A stretch of DNA of 64,000 nucleotides, taken from Alphaproteobacteria bacterium. GTDB lineage: Bacteria; Pseudomonadota; Alphaproteobacteria; UBA828. Positions within the stretch are counted from its first letter, which is position 1. Every line of letters starts with the position of its first letter. A program made the position numbers and the translations under genes. Location of the stretch: assembly GCA_963422645.2 (NCBI GenBank), contig CAXXVO010000007.1:704001-768000 (forward strand), read 5' to 3'. This document shows, piece by piece, positions 10,227 to 20,579 of the stretch. The notes under the pieces are model-generated. The model was not told the DNA's origin and searched no databases. It saw only the letters and a list, made by a program, of their open reading frames with translations.

Positions 10227-10510
10227 GGGCGGCGATCGCGGTGCCGGCTCATGGCCTCGCGCCTGAGCCGCGCCATGAAGGGCGTGTCGTGTTCGGCAGG
10301 AACCGGCGCCCGCCCGCTGATCCAGTTCGTGATGTCGACATCGCTCGCCCTCAACAGGCCTTCCGCCTGCGCCACTTCCTCTGGCGGGAGTTCGTGGCCG
10401 AGCCGGGCGATGACATCGCCAACCAGGAGGTCGGTCTCCTTGGTGCCGGTGCGCGCCGAACGATAGCGGAGCCGCCTGCGCCTGGTTTCGATGTCGAGGC
10501 CTTCGGTCAT
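10223..10510 (-). CDS. sdhE: Succinate dehydrogenase assembly factor SdhE/Sdh5
   Basis: RRRRLRYRSARTGTKETDLL (degenerate RGxxE motif); position upstream of mfd. Confidence 0.75.
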   Translation of the reverse strand: MTEGLDIETRRRRLRYRSARTGTKETDLLVGDVIARLGHELPPEEVAQAEGLLRASDVDITNWISGRAPVPAEHDTPFMARLRREAMSRHRDRRP

Positions 10511-10541
10511 GGCCGGCGTGGCCTCGGCGCTGCGGGCGTGT

Positions 10542-11738
10542 TCAGCCCGCCACGACGGCGGCCGGGTCGCGGCCGACAATCTGGCGGTAGATGTCGGGGT
10601 CGGTCGCGCCCTCGCTGCCGATGACAAGGACCCGGGAGGCTTCGCTCAGCCCCAGGGCCTCGCGAGCCTCTGCATCGCCTGACGCGGCGATCAGCCCGGC
10701 GAGGGAAGCGGCACCGGATTCGCCCAGCACGAGCGGCGGGTCGCCTGCGGTGGGCACGGCGGCACGGCGCATGGCGCTGGTGGCACCGTCGTCATCGAGC
10801 GCCATGAAGGCGAAGGCGCCTCGCGCGAGCACCTGCCAAGCCAGGGGCGAGACCTCGGCGGCGGCAAGGCAGGCCATCACCGTGTCGAGATCGCCGGAGG
10901 CAGGGCTCGGCTTGCCGTTGACGGCGCTCTGGTAGAGGCAGTCGGCGGTTATTGGCTCGACCACCACGCCCTTTGGCCTGTCGGCGCCGAGATCCTGTCG
11001 GAACGCGCCGATCACCGCGGCCGCGAGCCCGCCGACGCCCGCCTGGACGAAGAGATGGGTCGGTACCGCGCCGCTCAAGGCATCCCTGATCTCGTCCACC
11101 AGCATGGTGTAGCCGTGCATGACTCGGCTCGGCGCCTCGTCGCCGCCCGCGTGCGAAGTGTCGGAGACCAGGAGCCATCCCCTGGACTCGGCTTCATTGG
11201 CGCAAGTCTCCACCGCTTCGTCATAGCTGCCGGCGATGCGCACGATGTCGGCACCCTGGTCCGCAATGGCGCGCTCGCGGCCGGCGCTCACCGGCCCGGG
11301 CAAGAACACCGTGCATCGCGCGCCGGCGCGACGCGCGATGCAGGCCACCGCAAGCCCGTGGTTGCCATCGGTCGCGCAGCACACCCTCACGTCCCTCACG
11401 CGCGTGGCGGCCCGGCCTGCAGCGATATCTGCAATGGAGACGTCGTCTCCCAGCCGCTCGCGCAGCAAGTGGACTACGGCATAGGCGCCGCCCAACGCTT
11501 TGAAGCTGCCGAGGCCGAATCGCCCGCTCTCGTCCTTGAGCCATAGCGCCTCGATGCCGAGCGTGCCGGCAAGGCCGTCCAATCGGTGCAGCGGGGTGGG
11601 CCGGTAGCCCTCGAAGCCGGTGATCGCGGCGCGCGCCGCGGCGCGACGCTCCGGGAGGATCACCGCCTCGCCAGCGTCGCCGCTCCCTGGCGTGGGTGCG
11701 TAGCGCGGGTTCACGTGGAGGTGGAAGGGGACGGTCAT
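10542..11738 (-). CDS. Diaminopropionate ammonia-lyase (PLP fold II)
   Basis: KDESGRFGLGSFKALGG, CATDGNHG, VSDTS, QAGVGGLA, GESGAA. Confidence 0.88.
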   Translation of the reverse strand: MTVPFHLHVNPRYAPTPGSGDAGEAVILPERRAAARAAITGFEGYRPTPLHRLDGLAGTLGIEALWLKDESGRFGLGSFKALGGAYAVVHLLRERLGDDVSIADIAAGRAATRVRDVRVCCATDGNHGLAVACIARRAGARCTVFLPGPVSAGRERAIADQGADIVRIAGSYDEAVETCANEAESRGWLLVSDTSHAGGDEAPSRVMHGYTMLVDEIRDALSGAVPTHLFVQAGVGGLAAAVIGAFRQDLGADRPKGVVVEPITADCLYQSAVNGKPSPASGDLDTVMACLAAAEVSPLAWQVLARGAFAFMALDDDGATSAMRRAAVPTAGDPPLVLGESGAASLAGLIAASGDAEAREALGLSEASRVLVIGSEGATDPDIYRQIVGRDPAAVVAG

Positions 11739-11752
11739 GGCGCGGCCCCGGC

Positions 11753-12730
11753 TCAGCGCAGGTCCGCGAGCAGAGGCATGACCTCGTTCGCGAAGCGTTC
11801 TAGTTGCGCCGCCTTCCCGCTCTCCGGCGCCAGAGTGTTCACCACGAGATGACGCACGCCGGCCTCGTGAAATGCACGGATCGCCTCCGCGACGTCCTCC
11901 GCTGTCCCGAGCGCGCAGTAACGCTCCGCTGCCTGGGAAAAATCCATGGCGTAGCGGACGCTCAGGAATTTGGCGGCGAATTCGAGGGCGCTCTCGCGGT
12001 CCTCGTCGAGCCGGACGAAGAGCAGGTGCGACGTGCCGAAGCGGTCCAGGGTGCGCCCGGCATTGGCCGCTGCGGCGGCAATGGTCTCGAGCGAGCGGCG
12101 GTAGCGCTTGGGGTCAATGACGTAGGACATCCAGCCGTCAGCGAGCCGGCCGGCGCGGCGGAGCGCGGGCTCGGAGCGTCCGCCGCACCAGATCGGCGGG
12201 CCGCCCGGCTGTGCCGGCGGCGGATTGATGGCGACCTCGGGGAAGGAATAGAAGCGCCCGTCATGGGCGACCGGGCGGCCGGACCAGAGCTTGCGCAGCA
12301 CGCAAATCCCCTCGCTGAGCCGGGCGCCGCGCTCCTCCACCGGCACGCCGCAAAGCTCGAACTCGGTGGGGAACTCGCCGCCGACTCCGACACCGAAGAT
12401 CACCCGGCCGTTCGAGATCGTATCGAGGGTCGCGACCTGCTTCGCCACGGGCGCCGCATGGCGCAGCGGCAGGAGATAGACCGCCGTGCCGACGGTAAGC
12501 CGGTCGCTCAGTGCGGCGGCTTGGGCGAGCTGCATCAGCGGATCGAGGATCGGCCCCGCGAAGGCCACGTGATCGCCCGACCAGATCGAATCGAAACCCA
12601 GAGCATCGAGCAGGCGCACGGTCTGGGGCAGGTCGCGGCCGGCGGCTGCCCCCTCCTCATCGTCGTATCCTGTCGGCGCCAGCACATTCTGGTAGCCGAT
12701 GCTCAGTCTCGATTCGAGGGGCAGATCCAC
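11753..12730 (-). CDS. LLM-class flavin-dependent oxidoreductase
   Basis: GFDSIWSGDH, PLRHAAPVAKQVATLD, GVGVGGE; GTG start at 12730 preferred because of GGGAG RBS. Confidence 0.85.
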   Translation of the reverse strand: MDLPLESRLSIGYQNVLAPTGYDDEEGAAAGRDLPQTVRLLDALGFDSIWSGDHVAFAGPILDPLMQLAQAAALSDRLTVGTAVYLLPLRHAAPVAKQVATLDTISNGRVIFGVGVGGEFPTEFELCGVPVEERGARLSEGICVLRKLWSGRPVAHDGRFYSFPEVAINPPPAQPGGPPIWCGGRSEPALRRAGRLADGWMSYVIDPKRYRRSLETIAAAAANAGRTLDRFGTSHLLFVRLDEDRESALEFAAKFLSVRYAMDFSQAAERYCALGTAEDVAEAIRAFHEAGVRHLVVNTLAPESGKAAQLERFANEVMPLLADLR

Positions 12731-12853
12731 AACCGGCTCCCGCGTTGGAAAAAATGGCCGCGCACTGTAGCCCGCATGTCTCGCTGCGGTCACGACCTGC
12801 GTTGCGCTGAAGCGAATTGCGCAGCGCCGCCCGGTCCGATGGACGCAGAGGGT

Positions 12854-13738
12854 CTATACGGGCTGAGCGATCCGGGCCGGGTCGCCGGTGTCAAGCGAAG
12901 TGACGCGGCGCATCTCGCGCCGGTGCTGGGTGTCCTCGAAGGGGCGCGCCCGGTGCATCGTGGCGCGGTTGTCCCAGATCAGGAAGTCCCCGCTTCGCCA
13001 GGTATGCCGGTACACGAGCTCGGGCCGGGTCGCATGCTCCATGAGATCGCGGAGGAGCAGCCGGCCGTCGGGGACGGGCCGGTCGAGGATCCGCGAGGCG
13101 TGCGAGGCGAGGTAGAGAGAGCGCCGCCCGGTGCACGGGTTCTCCAGCACCAGCGGCTGGATGGCGCCCTTGAGCTGGTCGCTCTCCTCCTCGGAGAAAT
13201 CGAAGCCGAGCGTGATGCGCGAGTACGCGATCGAATGGTGCACGCGGAGGCCTTCGATGCGCGCTTTCGTCTCGTCTGCCAGCTCATCGTATGCCGCCCG
13301 CATGTCCGCGAACTCGGTGTCGGCCGCGACCGGCGGCAACACGAGGGCGGCGAGCATCGAGTAGCGGCCGCGCGGATCCTGAAACGACGCGTCGGTGTGC
13401 CAAAGGCGGTTCGCGAGGCCGTACAGGCGCTTCCGGTCGTTCGATTCCAGGACTTCGCCCCCACCCACGTTCGAAACGTCGGTCAGTGCTTCGTCCTCGA
13501 AGCGGCTCTTGTGCAGGACGCTGATGCCGGTCTTGCGATGAAGCTCTCCGTCGAGCCGGGTGGCGAAGTCGAGCTGCTCTTTGCTGGAAAGCGACTGGTC
13601 CCGAAACACGAGCACCGCGTGCTCGTCCATGCCGGCCCGAATCAGCTCCAGGGTCTCGTCGTCGCGCACGTCGCGCAGATCGACCTGGCTGGTCTCGGCG
13701 ACGAATAGGTTATGGAGCTTGCGGAACTGGAGTGGCAT
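12854..13738 (-). CDS. TauD/TfdA-family Fe(II)/2-oxoglutarate dioxygenase
   Basis: WHTDASF, TEFADMRAAYD, WDNRATMHR. Confidence 0.9.
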   Translation of the reverse strand: MPLQFRKLHNLFVAETSQVDLRDVRDDETLELIRAGMDEHAVLVFRDQSLSSKEQLDFATRLDGELHRKTGISVLHKSRFEDEALTDVSNVGGGEVLESNDRKRLYGLANRLWHTDASFQDPRGRYSMLAALVLPPVAADTEFADMRAAYDELADETKARIEGLRVHHSIAYSRITLGFDFSEEESDQLKGAIQPLVLENPCTGRRSLYLASHASRILDRPVPDGRLLLRDLMEHATRPELVYRHTWRSGDFLIWDNRATMHRARPFEDTQHRREMRRVTSLDTGDPARIAQPV

Positions 13739-14658
13739 CAGGTGTCGCCCGCCTGTGGGCCCGTTTCGATCGGCAGGTCGGAGTCGTACGCCCACTCTCC
13801 CAACGACCCGTCGTAGAGGGTGAGGTCACGGTAGCCAAGCTGGTGGAGGAGGAACAGGCCGACGGTGGCGGAGATGCCCCCGCCGCAATAGGCGACGACC
13901 TGGCGGTCTGGGGTGATCCCGGTTTCCTCGTGAAGGCGCCGCGCCTCGTCCAGCGGCACGAAGGCCCCGGTCGAGGGATCGAGGAGACTGGCCGCAGGCA
14001 CGTTGACGCTCCCCGGGATCCGCCCCGGGCGTCCGTAGCGGCTCGGGCCCTCGCCGAGATGAAATTCGGGTGCGAGCGCATTCACCGTGGCGGTGTCGGC
14101 ATCGCCGAGCCGCGACAGCACGTACCCGCTGTCCACGAATTGGCCCGGCTGGAGCTTGGCGGTGAAGCGCGCCGGCGGGTGATGCCCCGCTTCGGAGGAG
14201 ACGGGTCGCCCCTCCGCCTTCCACTTCTCCCAGCCGCCATCGAGCACCGCTACGCGGTCGAAGCCGAAGGCGCGCAGCATCCACCAGACGCGAGTTGCCC
14301 ACATGATGCTGCCGGCCGAGTAGAGCACGACGCGTGACTCGTCGCCGATGCCGAGCGCACCCATGGCATCCGCGAATTGCTCGGCGGAGGGCGCCATGAA
14401 CTTGAGGCGCGTGTCCGGGTCGGAAATCTGCCCCTGGATGTCGAGAAAGACAGCGCCGGGGATATGCTCTGCGTCGTATTCGGCCCGGCCGGGGACGACA
14501 CGGTAGGGGTCATCGTCGCCGGGCTCCGCCGGCTTGAGCCAGGTCGTGCAGTCCACGATGCGAAGACCCGGCGCACCGAGGCTCGCCTCGAGGGCGCCGG
14601 TCTCGATCAGCGCCTGCGGCTCGCGCCAGTTCGTGAGGTCAGCTCGGCCTTCGGTCAT
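13738..14658 (-). CDS. Tandem-rhodanese sulfurtransferase (SseA/MST-like)
   Basis: HIPGAVF, RVWWML, LDGG, active-site YCGGG, YDGSLGEW. Confidence 0.9.
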   Translation of the reverse strand: MTEGRADLTNWREPQALIETGALEASLGAPGLRIVDCTTWLKPAEPGDDDPYRVVPGRAEYDAEHIPGAVFLDIQGQISDPDTRLKFMAPSAEQFADAMGALGIGDESRVVLYSAGSIMWATRVWWMLRAFGFDRVAVLDGGWEKWKAEGRPVSSEAGHHPPARFTAKLQPGQFVDSGYVLSRLGDADTATVNALAPEFHLGEGPSRYGRPGRIPGSVNVPAASLLDPSTGAFVPLDEARRLHEETGITPDRQVVAYCGGGISATVGLFLLHQLGYRDLTLYDGSLGEWAYDSDLPIETGPQAGDT

Positions 14659-14734
14659 CGACGGTCTCCCTTGTGCTTTGACCGCAATCCTATCAGTGCG
14701 CGGCAATGCGGTCGCCGCCAGCGCCTGCGTCCCT

Positions 14735-15481
14735 TCAGTGGTCGCTCAGCAGCGACCCGCAGCCGTAGATGCGATCGTCGAACCCGTTGGCCCGGTAAGC
14801 ATGCCAGACGATCGCGGCGTTGATGGCGATTACCGGCTTGCCCAGCCAGCCTTCCGCCTCGGCTGCGAGCCGTACCATCGAGAGGTTGGTTCCCACTTGT
14901 ACGATGGCGTCCACGTCCGGACCATCGAGCTCGCGCAGCACCTCACGAAGCCTGTCCGGGGTCACCGCGGCAATGGCCGTCGCGCTCGGACACGCGAGAT
15001 CCACGTAGTGTGTCACCGGGAAGCCGGATTCCTCGAAGTAGCGGACGATCTGCTCGCGCATGATCGGCTGGTAGGGGGTGAGCACCGCGATGCGCCGGAT
15101 GCCGAGTGTCTCCAGAGCAGTGCTGCACGCTTCTGCTCCCGTCGTCACGCCGAGCCCGCAAAGCCGCCGGGCTCGTTCGCGGAACGTCGCGTTGCCCTCG
15201 CGGCCGCCCCAGAAAGTGGGCGCCGACATCCCCATCACCAGATAGTCGGGCGCGCAGGTCATGACGTCCCGAACCGCCGTCTCAAAGGCCCCGCCCACCT
15301 GCTCCAGAAGCGCCGCGAACGCGTCGTTCGAGTCGAGAGCCGGACTCTCGATGTACATCCGCCCGGTATGAAAGGTGACCCCCGGAATGCGGAAGAGATG
15401 GTTGAAGTCGGCCTCCACGATGGTGTTGGTGGAAGGCACGATGGCGGCGAGCTTGGCGCGGAAACCGGCGACGTCGGGCAT
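14735..15481 (-). CDS. Maleate cis-trans isomerase/arylmalonate decarboxylase (Asp/Glu racemase) family
   Basis: IVPSTNTIVE, LTPY, QVGTNL, GKPVIAIN. Confidence 0.8.
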   Translation of the reverse strand: MPDVAGFRAKLAAIVPSTNTIVEADFNHLFRIPGVTFHTGRMYIESPALDSNDAFAALLEQVGGAFETAVRDVMTCAPDYLVMGMSAPTFWGGREGNATFRERARRLCGLGVTTGAEACSTALETLGIRRIAVLTPYQPIMREQIVRYFEESGFPVTHYVDLACPSATAIAAVTPDRLREVLRELDGPDVDAIVQVGTNLSMVRLAAEAEGWLGKPVIAINAAIVWHAYRANGFDDRIYGCGSLLSDH

Positions 15482-15490
15482 GGCAGTCGT

Positions 15491-16812
15491 TTACTGGCTG
15501 TCCGGCATCTCGGCGCCGAGGTCGGGATAGATGGGGAAGGCGCGGCAGAGCGAACGCACCTCGGCGCGGACGGCTTGCTCGACTGCCTCGTCGCGCCCGC
15601 CCGCCGCCGCCATGGCGAGCAGCACGTCTGCGATCCAGTCGCCGATGCGGCGGAACTCGCCTTCGCCGAAACCCCGCGTGGTTCCGGCTGCCGAGCCGAA
15701 CCGGAGACCCGAGGTCACTCTTGGCGGCTGCGTGTCGCCCGGCACCGCGTTCTTGTTGCAGGTGAGACCGGCGGCTTCCAGGCTGTCGGAGGCTGCGGCC
15801 CCGGTCAGCCCGAGCGGCCTGAGGTCTGCCACCAGCAGCGGCGTATCCGTGCCGCCGGCGACGATGGCGATGCCCCGCTCCATGAGCGTATCGGCGAGGC
15901 AACGCGCATTGGCCAGAACCTGGGCTGCGTAGGCCTTGAATTCGGGCTTGAGCGCTTCGCCCAGGCAGACCGCCTTGGCTGCGACCGCGTTGAGGATCAC
16001 GCTGCCCTGCACGCCGGGGAAGACCGCGCTGTCCAGCTTGCGCGCGAGCGCCGCGTCATCGGTGAGGATGATGCCGCCGCGTGCACCGCGCAGGTTCTTG
16101 TAGGTGGTCGCCGTGGTGACGTGGGCGTGGGGCAGGGGAGGGGGTTCGGATGTGCGCCGCCGGCAACCAGCCCGGCGAAATGAGCCATGTCGGCGAGCAG
16201 GGTGGCGCCGACCGAATCGGCAACTCTGCGAAAGCCGGCGAAGTCGATCGTGCGGGGATAGGCCGAGCCGCCGCAGATGATGAGCTTGGGCCGGTGCTCA
16301 TGTGCCAGGCGCTCGACCTCGCCCATGTCGATTAGGCCCGCAGCATCGGTGCCGTAGCGGACCGGGTTGAACCACTTGCCGGTCAGGTTCGGCGCCGCAC
16401 CGTGGCTCAAATGGCCGCCGGCATCGAGCGCCATGCTCAGTAGCGTGTCGCCCGGCTTGAGCAGCGCGAGGAGGACCGCCTGGTTGGCCTGGCTGCCCGA
16501 GTGGGGCTGGACGTTGGCGAAGGCGCAGCCAAAGAGCAGCTTGGCGCGCTCGATGGCGAGGGCCTCGATGCTGTCTGCGAATTCGGCGCCGCCGTAGTAG
16601 CGAGCGCCGGGCCGGCCTTCGACGGTCTTGTTGGTGATGACGGAGCCCAAGGCATCGAGGCTCGCGCGGCTGACCAGGTTTTCCGACGCGATCAGCTCGA
16701 TCCCGTCCTGCTGGCGCGTGAGCTCGCCCGCGAGGGCCGCATGGACCTCCGGGTCGACAATGCGCAAGTGGTCGAGAAAGTAACCCGGCTCACGCGCCGG
16801 CGATCCGGTCAT
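15491..16812 (-). pseudogene. Serine hydroxymethyltransferase-like gene, frameshifted
   Basis: [36 protein letters not shown]; frame break from a 5-bp tandem duplication AGGGG-AGGGG at 16134-16143; removing one copy restores [19 protein letters not shown]. Confidence 0.85.
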
Positions 16813-16819
16813 GGGCCGG

Positions 16820-17602
16820 TCACGCAGCCGGGGCAAGCAGGCAATCGTCGGCGAGCGGCACCACCGGCGAGAAGTCGGTGTGGTGCTTGTACTCGGGCCG
16901 GGCGAACGCGGTCTGCGCGTTGGCGACCGGGTTGAGGATGAGCGAGAAGATCGCGCGGTCCCACGGCGACATATTGCCCGGCGAGCCGTGGACCATCAGG
17001 TCGCCGAAGATGAGGACCGTGCCGGGCGGGCCGAGTGCCGGCGTGATGCCGCCCACGGCAATGAGGTTCGTGACGGTCTCGCGATCCACCACCCAGAGCG
17101 GATAGCTCGTGCTCGTCACGTCGTGGAAGGTCGGCAGCGGTTCGTGCCGGTGGGAGCCGGGAATGAAATAGAGCGGCCCGTTATAGTGGCTCACCTCGTC
17201 CAGCAGGATGTGCAGGTTGAGCGCCTGCGGTGCCGGCACCCCGTCGTCCCGGTGATGGGTGGCGAAGTCGTAGTGCCACTGCCAGGCATCGCCCTCGTAC
17301 GCCGCCTTCACGTTGACCTTGACCTGCTGGATGTAGAGATCGGGGCCCGCGATCTGTTGCGCCGGCACGACCAGTCGCGGGTGGCGCGCGAGGCGGTCGA
17401 AGAGGTCGCTCCGCTGGTGCAGCCCCATCATGGTGCGGGGCACGGTGCCCACCTTCTCGCCGATATTGGCCTCGATCTCCTCATCGAAGAGCGGCGGCAG
17501 GGCGGTGCGGATCGCCGCAACCTCGGCCGGTGAGAAGAGGCCAGGGAGGATCAGCAGGCCGTCCCGGCGGAACGCCTCAAGTTGTTCGCCCTTCAGCTTC
17601 AA
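16820..17602 (-). CDS. Phytanoyl-CoA dioxygenase (PhyH/EctD-like) Fe/2-oxoglutarate hydroxylase
   Basis: [31 protein letters not shown]. Confidence 0.85.
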   Translation of the reverse strand: MKLKGEQLEAFRRDGLLILPGLFSPAEVAAIRTALPPLFDEEIEANIGEKVGTVPRTMMGLHQRSDLFDRLARHPRLVVPAQQIAGPDLYIQQVKVNVKAAYEGDAWQWHYDFATHHRDDGVPAPQALNLHILLDEVSHYNGPLYFIPGSHRHEPLPTFHDVTSTSYPLWVVDRETVTNLIAVGGITPALGPPGTVLIFGDLMVHGSPGNMSPWDRAIFSLILNPVANAQTAFARPEYKHHTDFSPVVPLADDCLLAPAA

Positions 17603-17648
17603 TGGGCCGGCCTCGCCGACTGCTCACCGCCCTGGTCGCGAGGGGAGC

Positions 17649-17680
17649 GGGGTTCTCCCTGCAGCGACAGGGGGAACCCC
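17649..17680. terminator. Intergenic 13-bp stem-loop (terminator, stabiliser or REP-like)
   Basis: GGGGTTCTCCCTG-N6-CAGGGGGAACCCC (12/13 paired) downstream of the amidohydrolase; no U-tract. Confidence 0.35.
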
Positions 17681-17705
17681 CAACCCACTTGCGAATTGCG
17701 AAGGC

Positions 17706-19028
17706 CTACTCGGCGGCGGCGGGCGTCGCGCTCCGCCGGCGCTTGGCGAGCGCGATCTCGTTCGGCGCGCGGTGATAGGCGCCGTCCTTCATGACCATGA
17801 GCAGGTTGTCGGTGTCCTGCATGATGGAGACGTCCTTGGTCGGATCGCCGTCCACCAGCAGCAGGTCGGCGAGATAGCCCTCCTTGACCATGCCGACGTT
17901 GAGCCCCATGAGCTCGCCACCCCACTTCGTGGCGCCGATCAGCGCCTCGGCCGGTGAGTAGCCGAAATGGTTGACGAAGTGCTCCATGTCGCGGGCGTTG
18001 GCGCCGATGGGGTTCCAGGCGAAGCCGTAGTCGCCCCCCGGCATGGCCCGAATGCCGCGCTTGCGCACCTCCTTATAGGTGCGGATCGTGTGCTCCATCT
18101 TGTAGAACATGTTGTAGCTCTCGGCGACCTCGCGGGTGATGCCCCACTCGCCGGCCTCGTGCGCGAATGTGTAGACGATGCCGAAAGCCGGGGCCATGAA
18201 GATGTCCTTCTTCTTGGCTTCCAGCATGTCGAGGGTCTTATCCGTCGCGTAGTCGGCGTGGTAGATGATGTTGATGCCGTGCTTGAGCGCGAGCCGCACC
18301 GCCTTGTCCGCCCTTGCGTGGGTGATGATGTTGACGCCTGCCTCGCGGGCGACTTCGGCCGCCGCGCCGACCTCGGCATCGAAGTAGGTGATCCTCTCGG
18401 ATTGCCCGGGCTTGCAGAATTCGTCGCCCGAGATGTTGATCTTCAGGTTGTCCACGCCTTCCCGCACGCAGAGCCGGCAAGCCTTGCGCACTTCATCCGG
18501 ACCGTCGGCGATGTAACCCACCGACTCCTGGTGCATGTGCCACATGCGCTCGTCGCCGAGCCCGCCCGACGACACGATCTCCGGCGAAGCCGCCTTGATG
18601 CGCGGCCCCGGATAGCGCCCGGCGTTGATCACGTCGCGCAGCACCGGCTCGATACGGATCTTGTCGTAGCCGACGCCGGCAGCCGAGAAGAGGCTCGTGA
18701 AGCCGTGGTCGATCATCGTCCGCGCGTTGTCGAGCGCGAGCACCATGTGCTCTTCGGGCGGAAGCCGCCCGATCTCCGGCAGGGTCGTCGAGTCTATGTA
18801 GCAGACGTGGGAGTGAGGCTCGATCAGCCCCGGCATCAGGGTGGCGCCCGCGCCGTCCACCACGGTCGCGCCATTGGCCCTGATCTTGCCCTTGCCGCGC
18901 GCGACCTTCTTGATGAGGTTGCCCTGCAGCTTCACCTCGCCCGCGTAGGGGCGCTTGGCGTTGCCGTCGAAAATCGTCACATTCTTGAAGAGGGTCTCTG
19001 CCATCGTCTCAGCCTCCGCCTCTGGCAT
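17706..19028 (-). CDS. Metal-dependent amidohydrolase family protein
   Basis: MPGLIEPHSH, ADGPDE, THAR, IYHA, GGDYG, GYLADLLLVDGDP. Confidence 0.88.
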   Translation of the reverse strand: MPEAEAETMAETLFKNVTIFDGNAKRPYAGEVKLQGNLIKKVARGKGKIRANGATVVDGAGATLMPGLIEPHSHVCYIDSTTLPEIGRLPPEEHMVLALDNARTMIDHGFTSLFSAAGVGYDKIRIEPVLRDVINAGRYPGPRIKAASPEIVSSGGLGDERMWHMHQESVGYIADGPDEVRKACRLCVREGVDNLKINISGDEFCKPGQSERITYFDAEVGAAAEVAREAGVNIITHARADKAVRLALKHGINIIYHADYATDKTLDMLEAKKKDIFMAPAFGIVYTFAHEAGEWGITREVAESYNMFYKMEHTIRTYKEVRKRGIRAMPGGDYGFAWNPIGANARDMEHFVNHFGYSPAEALIGATKWGGELMGLNVGMVKEGYLADLLLVDGDPTKDVSIMQDTDNLLMVMKDGAYHRAPNEIALAKRRRSATPAAAE

Positions 19029-19236
19029 GCGCGGCCACGGTCCCGCGGGCCCATGCCGCAGGGGTCAGAGCGTCGCGCCGCTCCGGGCGACACACGCCGC
19101 TGCGTATACCTTAGGCGTCAGTACCAGCGCCCGCAATCGCTAACCCGCGCTGGCGGTCGAGCTCCGGGAGACCTGGCCGCGCTGTACAAGGGTGCAGCCC
19201 CGGTCTATGACGCGCTCGCCAGCAAGGAGGACGACG

Positions 19237-19824
19237 ATGAAGCTCTATTCGAGCCCGGCCACGCCCTTCGGCCGCAAGGCGGCGATCGTGGCACGGGAGC
19301 ACGGCATCGCGCTCGACATCGTGAACGTGAACCCCTTCGAGTCGGAGGAGCTCGAGCGTCTCAATCCGGCCAGGCTCATTCCGGTGCTGGCGATGGACGA
19401 CGGCACCCTGCTCTACGACAGCCATGCGATCTGTGCCTACTTCGACGAGATTGGCGGGGGACCTTCGCTCTATCCCGAGGCGGAGCGGTGGGATTGGCAG
19501 CGCCGCATGACCCTCGGCACCGCGCTCACGGAGACGAGCGTCCAGTGGCTCTTTCAGAAGCGCCAGCCGGCGGACCAGCAAAGCGTCAACCTCAAGACCC
19601 ACTTCGAGAAGCGGGTAAAGCGCATGACCAAGGCGCTCGACGGCGAGGTCAACGTTCTTGCCGCCGCGTCCTTCCGAATGGACCACATCGCGGTGATCTG
19701 CGGTCTCGGCCACCTGGAGTTCCGGCACGACGACTCGTGGCGGGCGGACTGCCCCGCACTCACGGGGTGGTACGAAGACACACAGAGCCGGCCGAGCGTC
19801 GCCGCGACTCAGCCGACGGACTGA
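19237..19824 (+). CDS. Glutathione S-transferase family protein
   Basis: MKLYSSPATPFGRK, NPARLIPVL, LYDS; AGGAGG RBS. Confidence 0.85.
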   Translation: MKLYSSPATPFGRKAAIVAREHGIALDIVNVNPFESEELERLNPARLIPVLAMDDGTLLYDSHAICAYFDEIGGGPSLYPEAERWDWQRRMTLGTALTETSVQWLFQKRQPADQQSVNLKTHFEKRVKRMTKALDGEVNVLAAASFRMDHIAVICGLGHLEFRHDDSWRADCPALTGWYEDTQSRPSVAATQPTD

Positions 19825-19845
19825 CGCCAGGAGGAAGAAAGAGCC

Positions 19846-20568
19846 ATGATCGACCTGCACTACTGGCCGACACCCAACGGCAAGAAGGTAACCATCCTGC
19901 TGGAGGAATGCGGGATGCCCTATCGCCTCGTCCCCTGCCACATCGGGAAGGGCGATCAGTTCGAGGATTCGTTCCTCAGGATCAGCCCCAACAACCGCAT
20001 GCCGGCGCTGGTGGACGACGACCCGCCCGGCGGCGGCGCGCCGGTCAGCGTCTTCGAATCGGGTGCGATGATGATGTACATCGCCGAGAAGGCCGGGCGC
20101 TTCTATCCGCAGGACCTGCACGGCCGCTACGAGGTCAACCAGTGGGTCATGTGGCAGATGGCGAACCAGGGGCCGAAGTTCGGCGAGTTCGGCCACTTTC
20201 GCCGGCTGGGCGACGATGAGGGCGACCAGACCTACGCCATCACCCGCTTCGGCAACGAGGTCAACCGGCTCTACGGCGTCATGAACAACCGGCTCTACGA
20301 CCGACCCTATCTCGCCGGCGAGGCGTACACGATCGCCGACATGATTTCCTATCCATGGGCCGTCTACTGGGAATCGCAGGGCCAGGACTTGGGCGACTTC
20401 AAGTACTTCAAGCGCTGGTTCGAGGAACTGTCTGAGCGCGAGGCGGTGCAGCGGGGCATGGCGGTGGGTGAGGACTTGCCTGAGGACCCCGACACCCTTT
20501 CAGACGAGGAGAAGGCGCGGCGGCACGCGTTGCTCTACTACCAGCGGGCGCGCCCGGCGCCGGGCTGA
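19846..20568 (+). CDS. Glutathione S-transferase, YfcG/YghU-like
   Basis: TPNGKKV, SPNNRMPAL, FESGA, WQMANQGP. Confidence 0.9.
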   Translation: MIDLHYWPTPNGKKVTILLEECGMPYRLVPCHIGKGDQFEDSFLRISPNNRMPALVDDDPPGGGAPVSVFESGAMMMYIAEKAGRFYPQDLHGRYEVNQWVMWQMANQGPKFGEFGHFRRLGDDEGDQTYAITRFGNEVNRLYGVMNNRLYDRPYLAGEAYTIADMISYPWAVYWESQGQDLGDFKYFKRWFEELSEREAVQRGMAVGEDLPEDPDTLSDEEKARRHALLYYQRARPAPG

Positions 20569-20579
20569 GAGAGCGCGGC

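Noticed and set aside
3536-10466. Long opposite-strand ORFs such as 3536-5758 (740 aa) and 8256-10466 (736 aa), and similar ones at 11804, 17967 and 56570
   Set aside because: Shadow ORFs of high-GC genes with no recognisable motifs; only the 3' ends of 3536-5758 (phhB) and 56570-58675 (LarA-like) are real.
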